Source: Octopus sinensis (lineage: Eukaryota). From it: DNA of 64,000 nt. Shown here piece by piece: positions 12,873-24,925 of this stretch. The stretch lies in the NCBI RefSeq assembly GCF_006345805.1, contig NC_043007.1:77438001-77502000 (forward strand), in the 5' to 3' direction. The position numbers and the translations under genes are program-made. Position 1 is the first letter of the stretch. Each line of letters starts with the position of its first letter. The notes below the pieces were generated by a model that did no database searches, was not told where the DNA came from, and saw only the letters and a program-made list of their open reading frames with translations.

Positions 12873-13196
12873 ATCTTTTATCTTTTACTCGTTTCAATCA
12901 TTGGACTGCAGCTATACTGGGTCACTGTCTTGAAATCGATCCCACTACTTGTTTCATGGGTCACTTTTGCCGAATCACTAAGTTACGGGGACGTAAACAA
13001 ACCAACACTACTTGTCAAGGAGGGACTGATACAGACACACAAACTCTCACGCAAACACACAGACATGCGGTGGGCTTGCACACAGTTTCTGTCCACCAAA
13101 TTCACTTACAAGGCATTATTTGGATCGGGGCTACTAGTATAAAACACTTGTGCAGGTGCTGCGTTGTGGGACAGAACCTGAAACTACACGGTTACA
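12873..13196 (-). mobile_element. Degenerate F2 CORE SINE
   Basis: tcttttactcgtttcaatcattggactgcagc...gccgaatcactaagttacggggacgtaaac. Confidence 0.7.
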
Positions 13197-13211
13197 TATC
13201 GAGTTTCTTAA

Positions 13212-13803
13212 CTTTACTACCCACAAGGGGCTAAACATAGAGGGGACAAACAAGGACATACAAAGGGATTAAGTCGATTACATCGACCCCAGTGCGAAAC
13301 TGGTATTTTATTTATCGACCCCGAAAGGATGACAGGCAAAGTCGACCTCGGCGGAATTTGAACTCAGAACGTAACGACAGACGCAATACCTATTTCTTTA
13401 TTATCCACAAGGGGCTAAACATAGAAGGGACAAACAAGTACATACAAAGGGATTAAGTCGATTACATCGACCCCAGTGCGAAACTGGTACTTTATTTATC
13501 GACCCCGAAAGGATGAAAGGCAAAGTCGACCTCGGCGGAATTTGAACTCAGAACGTAACGACAGACGCAATACCTATTTCTTTATTATCCACAAGGGGCT
13601 AAACATAGAGGGGACAAATAAGGACATACAAAGGGATTAAGTCGATTACATCGACCCCAGTGCGAAACTGGTACTTTATTTATCGACCTCAAAAGGATGA
13701 AAGGCAAAGTCGACCTCGGCGGAATTTGAACTCAGAACGTAACGACAGATGAAATACCGCTAAGCATTTCGTCCGGCACGCTAATGTTTCTGCCAGCTCG
13801 CAG
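13212..13803 (-). mobile_element. F1 SINE trimeric array
   Basis: B-box complements at ~13356, 13540, 13724 (184-bp period); head at 13740-13803. Confidence 0.85.
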
Positions 13804-14500
13804 CGTATATATATATGGACATGAGAAAAGACTGAAGTAAGAGAGAAATAGTTGGCAACTCAAACAATAATAGTCAGAACAGTAAAAGAAGTCTTATGTG
13901 ATCAACATTTCTGGAGATTGTGATGAACCTTCAATGTACTCAGCCGACCTGAGAAGTAATAGCTACATTTTCTTCAAAGTGCATCTAACCATTTAAAAAA
14001 GACAATAAAATACAAAGTGACCTCAGAATGCCTGTGATCATAGGTCTTCTGGATCAGGATTTTCCTGGGGTTAAAGGATAACAACTAAGCAACAACTTCA
14101 AAGTTTCTATTCCAGGTGGGAGAGACAAATGCTACGAAAGGGTCCGTGATTTCCGTCAGTCAGACTCTAACAGGTATACGAATCTAGGACATTCTCGAGG
14201 TTCAGAGTTGGACATGGTTGTGTCCTTTTATGGAAGACCAGAAGTAGTCTGTGCAACAAGTCTTCGTTCTATATGACATCAATATTGTTCAAAGGAAACC
14301 TCAACAACCAATACCGTTTGAGACTAGGTCTGTCTCTGACTGCTAGCCAGAGCGGGTTGGAAGGCGGGAAAGCACATGCGGTCTGTGGTTGATATAACAT
14401 CCAATAATGCTACTGATGGTTACTGACTCGATCCTGGGTTCTTGGGGGTTTCACGCAAAATAATAAACTGGTGATTCGCAGAGCGTTTTAAGGGTTCGTG

Positions 14501-14600
14501 NNNNNNNNNNNNNNNNNNNNNNNNNNNNNNNNNNNNNNNNNNNNNNNNNNNNNNNNNNNNNNNNNNNNNNNNNNNNNNNNNNNNNNNNNNNNNNNNNNNN
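14501..14600. other. Assembly gap (100 N)
   Basis: Run of N. Confidence 1.
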
Positions 14601-14710
14601 CATACAATAACCATCAGAGCATCACAACAAATCACAGCACATACCCAAGGCACACAGAGCTGCGCTCGGTAGTGAAGTGAAAGCACACTATAAAAATAAA
14701 ACTACTGAAT
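14601..14710 (+). mobile_element. 3' UTR of an R4/Dong-like LINE followed by (TAA)n
   Basis: Reverse complement of the 3' UTR at ~54807-54915, which is attached to a REL-endonuclease ORF. Confidence 0.8.
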
Positions 14711-14741
14711 AATGATAATAATAATAATAATAATAATAATA

Positions 14742-14783
<42 letters not shown>

Positions 14784-14797
14784 CAACAATAATAATA

Positions 14798-15338
14798 GCA
14801 GTACCAGGCAGTGGCTCTCATGGCTTCTGATTTTAACTGATTGGAAGTGTTATCATGTACATTGTTTTGTCTTGGTATAAAAAATGGGCTACAGTAAATA
14901 TTCTGCTCAATACCACAGATTTACTTGTCAGTTATTTGACCTTAGCCAGTTGAGCATGTCCTTTGGGGGCTGATGATATATGCATCTTTGATCACGAGCA
15001 GAAGTAGTGGGAGAGCATCATAGCCATGTGCTGAGAGGGTTTCTTTGGAGTTTGGATAATTCACCTTTGTAAACATGGTTGTTTCGTTCAACATTCTTAA
15101 ACAACCCTTATTCAGGGACATTTTGAGCGGGATGGGCTACTCGACCTGAAGAAAATTCTAACTAGGCAAGGTCATACGCTGTTTTTTATCTTGATATGAG
15201 ATCGCCATGTCACGCACATTTGGTTGTGATGCATGTACCTGGTGTACCCTTATCAGACGGGTAGTGATGACGGGTATACTGGGAATTGTATATTTTGCTC
15301 CAGTTTCACTTTGATGGAATGCACTATTCTCTCACTCA
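14798..15338 (+). mobile_element. ~540-bp non-coding TAA-tailed element (family T)
   Basis: gcagtaccaggcagtggctctcatggcttctg...gcactattctctcactcAATAAT; copies at 21487, 27230, 52573, all next to (TAA)n. Confidence 0.8.
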
Positions 15339-15344
15339 ATAATA

Positions 15345-15745
15345 ACAATAATACCACGACCCAACTTGATCATGGTTCATCTATCAAAGACCTGAACCTA
15401 GAAGTTTTCTATAGGTATCTTGGGATATACAAAGAGAAAGGGATTCAACGCAGATCAATGAAAGAGAAGATCAAGAAAAAGTATTTTAGACGTGCCTGAA
15501 CGGACCTGAATACTGAGTTGAATTCTCAGAATAGAATTTCAGCTGTAAAATCCCTGGCGGTACCTGTTGTCCAGTTTAGTTTTACTGTCATCAACTGGAA
15601 TCTAAGTGATCTCCAGCGTATGGACATAAAGACCAAGAAACCACCCAAAATCAGACGTCTACAGGCTCTGTCTCCTACGAATGGAAGTCGGCAGAGATCT
15701 AATCCAGCTTGAAGCGTCCTATAAAACGACCACGATAGGAACTGA
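15345..15745 (+). mobile_element. R4/Dong-like LINE fragment (RT thumb region)
   Basis: YRYLGI..GIQRRSMKEKIKKKYFRR, ELNSQNRISAVKSLAVPVVQFSFTVINW, LIQLEASYKTTTIG parallel 53837-54622. Confidence 0.8.
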
Positions 15746-16894
15746 ACCGAACAGAATACAGCCTCAGGTCCAAAAGAACACGAATGGTGAGTAACGCTTA
15801 GAGGGCAATCCTAAAGGATTGAGGCAACAAAAAGCAATACGTGTACCAATAGGACACAGAGAATTTAAGACCGGTCGGCTACGTGACTAGCCTAAAAAAG
15901 GGAAAGAAAGAAAGGTTGGCCATGGGTCACGTTTCAGCAGAAGGCAGAGGAGAAAAGGGACAAGAGAGAGGGATAGAGAGAGTGACAGAAACTAAGAGAA
16001 AAGGGAAGGAGTACAGAGGAAAAGAAGGAGAGAGAAGAAAGGCTAGAAATAGAAGTAAGAGGACGAGAAAGAGAAAAAGGACAAAGGAAAAAGGCTAGAA
16101 AAATAGACCTACGTCTATATAAATAAATTACTGTTAATAAAAGCCAGGCTGCGTTGCGTTCCGTTACTTAATAGGTGAAAAAATGTATAGTAAGTACACA
16201 AACGAAATGTAAAAAACATAACGCATATTGAGTGCACAAACGGACAGAAGACAGACACAGAAGGTCCCTAATTCTTAATCAGTTATCAACCAGATAATCA
16301 CACAGCAATCTATGCATCCTATGTCGATTATAACTACACTATTGTAATGTCCCTGGTGGAAAATGATGTCTAGCTGATTATTTGTTATATGGTGGTCTTT
16401 CTACATGTTAAAGTGTATTTATCTTGATGTATTGTCAGTTCTTCTCTGATAGCTTTCAGTGGGATAGAGCCTTTTTTTTCTATGTTATACAATTGTGAAT
16501 CACGTCGACCTTGATTGAGAAGACGCAGACCATTCCAACTTTTGTACATTACGATCTACATTGTTCAGTATAGAATTATTTAATACCGTAAGATGTGATT
16601 TGAAGGTGATCTGGTCGCAATTACTCGCAGATTAGTAACCGTGTAGTGGATCACTCGTTAGATAACTGTAAGTTGTTGAATTGGACGACTTCACCTTGTT
16701 ATTGTTCTCTGATATAACAATGTATTATTCTTTAGCACAGCAGGATATTCCAAACAAGTATCAGGAAAACACGCGGTTTGTATTTCACGGATGTTAGTGC
16801 TAATTACAATGTTGGATCGCATTAAGTATGTGGGTGTGTACATGTGTATAGCTTCATTTACACACACAGACACAGAGACAAGCACACACACTCA

Positions 16895-16974
<80 letters not shown>

Positions 16975-17443
16975 CTTTAGCTTCTTGTGTTGTGAGTATC
17001 GTTGCTTTAGCTTCATACTATTGTCATTGTTATTGAAGTCGTGTTATATTTACTGTGAATCTCCACAGCTACCGCAGGGATCTATACTTTCTGTGTAAGT
17101 ATCTTGTTTTAGTTCATTGTGTATATTCAAAGAAGTTTTTTTTTATGACAAAGAAATGCGGTAGGCACCATTAATAATTACCTCTCCAACTACACCTTAT
17201 CTATTTCCTTATCCAAAGCATTTTCATATGTTTGTTCCAAACGTTCATACTTGTTTTCAGACTTTTAGTTAGCCATTGTTTCATATCTCTTGAGTAATAT
17301 AAAGCTTTCCTTTTATAAGGAACAAGTACTTAGAAAACATTGGAAATGTGTATTGTTTATGATGTACATGGATGAAGAAAAATATGTTCTATGTATCATA
17401 GATGATAGACAGGACATTATATCTCGTTACTGTTTTATATCTC

Positions 17444-17512
<69 letters not shown>

Positions 17513-17513
<1 letters not shown>

Positions 17514-20440
17514 TATGTTTGACTTTTGCTTTATATTTGTACAAGTTGGCTCCAAGTCTCACCCAGAGACCTCAAGAGACAACAGGGTTGGAAGTTCATG
17601 TTGTTGTTATGCCTAGTGTGCCATATATTTGGGGGGGGTGGGGATGTTGTACTAATGGATGTCTAAAAAAAAAAAGTTTTTTTTTTTTAAACCGAAAATT
17701 ATGGTTGTTTTAAACCTTGAGGTTACATAGAGAGTATTTTGCGTAGGATATGAGCAATTCCCATGAGCACTATCTTTTGAACTTCTGCCATTTTTGGGTT
17801 TCCTGGTATCTGAGTTAGGTAGCTATCAGCCCCTTTTGCTATCATTCCCAGGGCACCTATGACAACAGGTATTGTTTTAGTCTTCAGCTTCCACATTTTG
17901 CTGATTTCTATTTCAAGATCTTTATATTTGCTCAGTTTTTGGTATGCCTTATTCCGTTCCCTTCAATTACCCCTAGGTACTTGTAGCTCTCCGCTGGGTC
18001 TAGTTCTTTTATGACATTCTGTTGGTCAAGGTTAACGTTAGATGTTTCTGTCATTTTTCCTTTGATAAAGGTAGCCTTTGCACATTTATCGAGGCCGAAT
18101 TGCATTCTGATGTCGTCACTGAATTGTTTGACTATCGCTAGTAAGCCCTTGAGTTGTTGATCATTTTTTGCAAAAAGCTTTAAATCATCCATGTAAACGA
18201 GATGATTTATATTTTTATCAAACATTTTATACCCGTACTGCGCGTCATTGAGCAGCTTTGAGAGAGGTATTAAGGATAAACAAAAGAGGAGTGGTGACAG
18301 TGAGTCACCCTGGAAAATGCCACACGAAATTTTTACATCACCAGCATTTAGGGATTCACTGTCACTGTTCAGAGTTAGTGTGGTTCTCCATGATCTCATA
18401 CTTACAGTCAAGAAGTTTCGCAGAGTTGGTGCTATCTTATACATTTCAAGGCATTTCCTAATCCAGCTATGTGGTAGGCTATCAAAAGCCTTTTTATAGT
18501 CTATCCAGCTATTGATAAGTTTTTGTGTCGTTTGTGACAATCTTCTAAGATCATCTTATTGATGAGTAGTTGGTCTTACAGCCGTAGGATCCACGTTTAC
18601 ATCCTTTCTGTTCATTAGGGAATATGCTGCTGTCTGTTAAAAAACTATAGGTATATTCCGTCAGGACAGATGTTAGTGTTTTGTACATAGTTGTTAAGCA
18701 GGTTATGGGTCTATAGTTTTTTGGTTCATTTGTTTCTTCACTTTTTGGAAGCAGGAATGTTAACCCATTAACTAGCCAAGGAGGCATCCTACTAGGGTGT
18801 TGCAAAACATCATTGTACAGTTCTGTTAGCAGTTCATGGCTCTCTGGGAAGGCATTCAGCCAGAAGTTAGGAATTTTATCCTTTCCTGGAGACTTCCATT
18901 TGCTTGACCTCCTGAGAGCAGATCTTATATCTTCTACCTTGACACCCTCCTACTTTTGCTCTTCTAAGGGGTCCAGTTCTGTAGATATTCTGTCAATCCA
19001 GGGGGCCTCTTCGTTGTGTTGTTTTCTTCTGCCCAGATTTTATTCCAAAATCTCTGCACTTCTTCTTTTGATGGTACAGACCCTGCAGTAAACGCTGTTT
19101 TTCCTATCTTCCTGTAAAAATTCTTGGTGTTATTTTTGAACATGTTGTTGTCCTTGAAAAATCTAACACGCTTTTCATACTCGCTATGCGGGCAGCTTTG
19201 GAGATACCTTTGTTTGATGGTTTCTATGGTGGCATCAATATCAAGTATAGTTTTCATATTGTATTTTTTCAGTAATTTTGGGTTTTTTGTAGGTTTGGTA
19301 GTCTTGTGAGCCTTAAAGTTTTTCAAATATTCAATGTCAGATCTAAATACTTTAATTTGTTGTTGCAGACGCTCTTGCCAAGAAGGCTTTTTGTGGGATG
19401 TTGCCGTTTTCTAATCTTTACACCACATAGGATCGTTGAGATTTTCGCGGATGATAGTATAGGTGGTTGAGGTTTGTGATATCAACATCATTAACTGAAA
19501 TTATATCTTAAGTGCAAGCCGGATTTTACCAATTATTTTCATGTTTTGGTTAGAGTTGCGGATTTTAGGAAGTGTATCACGCTCATCCATGCTGGTTTCT
19601 TTAATTTTCAGCCATTCAATCATGATTTGATTTTTTAGCTCATGTAGTTCTGTTGGGTCAATTTTGTGTGACTTTCTTTATCTATTTGATGCTCATCTGT
19701 CTTAGTGTTATGATTGGTTCAGGGCGTATTTCACTTTGCCTATCACTTATACTAACTCTTTCAATCCTCTCTTCGTTTTTATCCGCCCTGGGCTGGTCTA
19801 TAATCATTTCCTCTGTATTATCTTCTCTAGCTGCAGCTTCGTTCATTTTATCCGATATTGCTTGTCTAACCTGATCAATCTCTACTTCAGTCAGTAATTT
19901 CTTTTTTATAATGTTTTTCTAACATTGGCAAGCTTGTTACTGTCTATGTAGGGTCTTACTTCAGGGTTTTTGTCTCCAGTTTAAGTATGCTTGTACAGTG
20001 CTAGACTTATCTGTGGGGAAATATATGGCATGGTAGAAGGCCTCAAGAACTTCTTTATTATCTTCCTAGACCATTTTTCCTTCTTTTTCTTTTGATTATT
20101 TGGTGATGAGCATGGATGGCCATCTGTTGGAATATTCCGGTTGTGGGGTTCGTCCAGCTCCTGTGTGTTGGGAAGATTTGATCCAGTAACTGATTTTTCA
20201 ATCAGGATTTGGTTCAATTTTCGGGTACGTGGTCTTTTGTAATCCGCGCAATGACCAATGGGTTTATTGTTTGATTGTTGACCTTGAAGCATGACGAGCA
20301 TCCATTCTTATATTAGGAGATGGCTCTGTCAGTTTAGGGTTCACTACATGTAAGCATTGCTCATAGCGCCGCTTCTTAAGACTAGCAGATCTATATTCGT
20401 CTGTATTTTTTTTGTTGATAGTTTTATCTCCGGACATTTT
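17513..20440 (-). mobile_element. R4/Dong-like non-LTR retrotransposon, frameshifted and internally deleted, with (TAA)n tail
   Basis: RT motifs KNYRPITCL, EQKGC, WIDYKKAFDSLPH, GIFQGDSLSPLLF, YMDDLK, YKYLG (17932-18805); C-terminus KYKDLEIEISKMWKLKTKTIPVVIGALG; (TTA)n at 17445-17512. Confidence 0.9.
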
Positions 20441-21486
20441 TTTTTTTTTTTTTCCCTCCTTTCCTCCTCTTCCTTTCTTCAAGGCTTACTGTGTCTGTAT
20501 TAGTTCGAAATAATGAGAATAAAATACGGAAAAGGAAACGAAAAGAAAGGGAAAAAGACGGGATCTGTCAGTTATTATTGTTATTACTATCATCTTCACC
20601 ACCACTCACCATCATCAGCAACACCACCATCACCATCATCATCTTCAATGTGTAGCCACAGCCACCATCACACTCCATTGTGTTGGAGAATGGGTGGTAA
20701 AGAATTCATGTTCTTTGGGTCTATAAATAGCCACGGTAGATGGTGGAGACAAAGGACGTTAATGGTCAGTAAAAGGTCAAACCTGTTTACGTTTATTTAT
20801 TTATTTATTTATTTTCCCTTTCTCTTTTCTTCTTCACCACATGCATATGTATATGTATATATATGTATATTCACTCACACAATTATCTGATGTTTTCGTC
20901 GAAGATTTTTTTTTTTCTTTTTTTTAAATAGCTTTCTGAGTTCAATGTTATGTATATATTTTTAAATTTCTGAATTCAGTTGTATGTATATAGTAGTAGG
21001 TGCTTAATTCCATAACTTTTTATCGTGCATTTAATTGTGTTGTTACAATAAAAGGTAATTTAAAAGGCAATTTTACACATTCTTATAGTCATGAGAGACG
21101 ACTAAATGTAAATGTTCACACAGAATTGGAGATATGTATGTTTCTAATTTTCTTGTTAGGTGTACGTTTGTATGAGCTGTAGATATGTAAGTTGTTTTTT
21201 TTTTACTTATTTTGAGGGTAATTCAAATTACTTACAGAAAACAGTAGATCTTCCAGTTTTCTACAGTTGACCTGCTGGGTTCGCTGTTGCCAGTTCAGAG
21301 CATCGTAAAAATACGTCCATCCTCTGTCACGTCCAGCCGCCTTATTATTATTATTATTATTTATTATATTATTATTATTATTATTATTATTATCCTCATC
21401 ATCATCATCATCATTATTATTATATTATTATTATATTATTATTATTATTATATTATTATCATCATCATCATCATCATCATTATTAT

Positions 21487-21973
21487 TGAGTGAGAGAGCA
21501 GTGCATGCCATTAAAGTGACACTGGGGTAAAATATACAAAGCCCAGTATACACATCATGACTACCAATCAGATAAGGGTACGCTAGGCACATGCATCACA
21601 ACCATGTGTGCGAGACATGGTAATCTCATATCAAGATAAACAGCACATGACCTTGCAGGTGGGGCCCAGTTAAAATGTTCTTCTGGTCGAGTAACCCATC
21701 CCGTTCAAAAGGTCCCTGAATAAGGGTTGTTTAAGAATGTTGAACGAAACACCCATGTTTCCAGAGGTGAATTATTCAAGCCCCAAAGAATTCCTCTGAA
21801 CATATGGCTATGATGCTCCCCAACTACTGCTCGTGATCAGAGATGCACATATCGTCAGCCACTAAGGGACATGCTCAACTGGTTAAGGCCAAACTGACAA
21901 GCAAATCTGTGGTATTGTACAGAATATTTGCTGTAGCCCATCTTTTATACCAAGACAAATCAATGTACATGAT
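21487..21973 (-). mobile_element. Family T element (slightly 5'-truncated) inside (TTA)n/(TCA)n arrays
   Basis: Homologous to 14798-15338; microsatellite on both sides (21340-21487, 21973-22260). Confidence 0.8.
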
Positions 21974-22034
21974 ATTATTATTATTATTATTATTATCATC
22001 ATCATCATCATTATTATTATTATCATTATTATTA

Positions 22035-22073
<39 letters not shown>

Positions 22074-22114
22074 CATTATTATTATTATTATTATCATCAT
22101 CATTATTATTATTA

Positions 22115-22167
<53 letters not shown>

Positions 22168-22207
22168 TATTATTATTATTATATTATTATTATTATTATC
22201 ATTATTA

Positions 22208-22247
<40 letters not shown>

Positions 22248-22515
22248 TATTATTATTATACACTAGCATACCCGCCTCGGCAAAAATGCCGACAGTTTTA
22301 TCAATGATAGAAAATGGCACAATGAGGAATACTATTGACAATTGTCAGCAATCTCGTAAATATATGTACATACGAAGGATTGAAGCTCTTGAAGAATAAG
22401 ATGTAATGCCTTGGTTGAATATATTACCCACATAATGTATGATTGTGTATATACACTCACATACACACACGTATATCATATCTTACCCCTTCTCTCTTTT
22501 CTCTCTCTCTCTCTC

Positions 22516-22563
<48 letters not shown>

Positions 22564-22701
22564 AGTATATATGTATGTATATATGTATGTATTTATATAT
22601 ATATCTCTAGCATATAGGCTTGGTAGGTCTGTGCCCTTAATTATAATTGCATTCTATATCACATATAATTATATATAAGTTTAATGATTTTATCATTTAA
22701 T

Positions 22702-22801
<100 letters not shown>

Positions 22802-22804
22802 ATA

Positions 22805-22990
22805 AAGGGAAAGTTTACGAAAATAAACAAAACACGAAGACAGGTGGTGTACAAACAAACAGATGTATTAGTATAGCGCTCAGGAATAGAAAAAGTCTTT
22901 TACGTTTCGAGCCTACGCTCTTCTACAGAAAGATACACAGAAAAAAAAACAAGGAGAGAAAAGAAATGTGTGTAGTAGCTAACGATCTAT
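22805..22990 (-). mobile_element. PLE-type terminal repeat ending at (TA)n
   Basis: Homologous to ~61600-61765; carries a hammerhead-like motif. Confidence 0.7.
22897..22932 (-). ncRNA. Minimal hammerhead-like ribozyme, variant core
   Basis: CUUU CUGUAGA A GAGC-GUAG-GCUC GAAA CG UA AAAG; stems I and II pair, palindromic ACGU stem III. Confidence 0.6.
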
Positions 22991-23472
22991 CATGGCATCT
23001 GATAAAAATGGTACACCAACGGCAGTGGAAAGTGCGGTCTATGTGATATGGAATGATGTCTCATCTGAAAAAGCAGCTTAGACCCTGCTACATGTCTGAA
23101 TTCAAAAGCAGAACTTTTTGGAACATGCCTACACGTGGCCAAATATTTGTTACGTTTTTGGTCCCCACAAGATTACAGATAGAACTTGCTTTCTATATTG
23201 TGTCTACCTACAAGCTTTTTATCTCTTTATACCTTTTACTTATATTTCTTATATATTTTTATTTATTTTTTATACATATATTTTTTTACATAATTATAAA
23301 AATATTGGTTTATAGGTTTATTGCTTATATATGTTTTACACATAATTTTTCTGTACTCTACCTTCCACCCTGCATATTCCCTGTGCGTATATACGCGTGT
23401 ATATGGAATCCTTTGTGCGCGCGTAGATGTAAGCGTGTGTGCAGTAAGTAAATTGAATTACAGCAAGTAACC

Positions 23473-23960
23473 TTAGATGCCATGAACCCTCCTAAGAATC
23501 CCAGCTGTCCCTAATAACACTGTTTTCTGAAGCTGTACTAAACTGGGCTTTATGCCTATTTCTTCTATCCATCTGTTCAGATCTATAAGGATTGTTCGCA
23601 ATACGCCAGTAACTACTGGGATACATTTTAGCCGCACTTTTCGTAGTCTCTGTAATTTAATAGCGAGTTCCTGGTACTTTGCTATTTTTTCTATACTTCT
23701 CATATTCATGTTTTCACCATTTAGGACTGTAATGTCAATTATCAGTCATTTTGTATTCTCTTTATCTACTTTTACCAAATCAGGCCTTCCAGCTCCCATT
23801 AGTCTGTCAGTCTGAATGTTGAAGTCCCACAACATCTTGTATTTCTTACTTTCTAGTACTTTACTAGGTTCATACTCATATCATTTATTAGCATATTCAA
23901 ATCCTAGCTTTCTACACCCCTCCGAGTGGATTACTCTCCCTGCTGTGTTGTCATGTCTTT
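23473..23960 (-). mobile_element. 3' fragment of a restriction-like-endonuclease LINE (R4/R2 group)
   Basis: EKIAKYQELAIKLQRL...CIPVVTGVL...QLQKTVLLGTAGILRRV; upstream MLWDFNIQTD...GRPDL. Confidence 0.8.
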
Positions 23961-24099
23961 TCTTGTATTCTTTCTGTGTATATGTATGTATGTATTTATG
24001 TATATCTCTAGCATATAGGCTTGGTAGCTCTGTGGCCTTAATTATAATTGCATTCTATATAATTATATATAATTTTAATGATTTTATCCTTTAATTATG

Positions 24100-24159
<60 letters not shown>

Positions 24160-24217
24160 ATCCAAATATGAAAACACAAATTATGTTTAATTATGTTTAA
24201 TTATGTTTAATTATGTT

Positions 24218-24268
<51 letters not shown>

Positions 24269-24306
24269 AACATAATTAAACATAATTTGTGTTTTCATAT
24301 TTGGAT

Positions 24307-24365
<59 letters not shown>

Positions 24366-24623
24366 ATAATTAAAGGATAAAATCATTAAAATTATATATA
24401 ATTATATAGAATGCAATTATAATTAAGGCCACAGAGCTACCAAGCCTATATGCTAGAGATATACATAAATACATACATACATATACACAGAAAGAATACA
24501 AGAAAAGACATGACAACACAGCAGGGAGAGTAATCCACTCGGAGGGGTGAAGAAAGCTAGGATTTGAATATGCTAATAAATGATATGAGTATGAACCTAG
24601 TAAAGTACTAGAAAGTAAGAAAT

Positions 24624-24627
<4 letters not shown>
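23837..24627. repeat. 791-bp near-perfect palindrome centred on (TA)n
   Basis: 23837-~24215 is the reverse complement of ~24265-24627; ORFs 23816-24094(+) and 24370-24627(-) give the same peptide. Confidence 0.95.
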
Positions 24628-24711
<84 letters not shown>

Positions 24712-24713
<2 letters not shown>

Positions 24714-24925
24714 GTTAATCCAAACATGAAAACACAAAGAGAAACACAACAATGCGAGGACGTGGAACAAATATAGTATTATTGGACGCTCAAGAAGGAA
24801 GGGAAGAAGGAGGGCTTTACGTTTCGAGGGGAGTTCTTCGTCAGAAACATAGGAAAAGGAAAGATCCAGAGAGGGGAAGACGGAGAGAAAAAATCGCCAA
24901 CGGTACACACGCGGTCAAATTTATA
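24712..24925 (-). mobile_element. PLE-type terminal repeat between (TA)n tracts
   Basis: Purine-rich plus strand, hammerhead motif, ends tagttaatccaaacatgaaaacac next to (TA)n. Confidence 0.7.
24814..24848 (-). ncRNA. Minimal hammerhead ribozyme motif
   Basis: GUUU CUGACGA A GA-ACUCCCC-UC GAAA CG UA AAGC. Confidence 0.7.

Noticed and set aside
13212-13803. 184-bp tandem units as a CRISPR array or satellite
   Set aside because: Units are SINE modules with no unique spacers; eukaryotic context and no cas genes.
14420-14686. ORFs spanning poly-X
   Set aside because: They cross the assembly gap.
14960-15035. CTGA(C/T)GA inside family T as a hammerhead
   Set aside because: No GAAA/stem III/NUH arrangement follows; the CTG bases pair into a different hairpin (TGGCT/AGCCA).
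20290-20400. HDV-like ribozyme at the 5' end of the Dong-like LINE
   Set aside because: One 7-bp pairing (ATGAGCA/TGCTCGT) found, but no P1, P3 or J4/2 could be assigned by eye; an Infernal or RNArobo search would be decisive.
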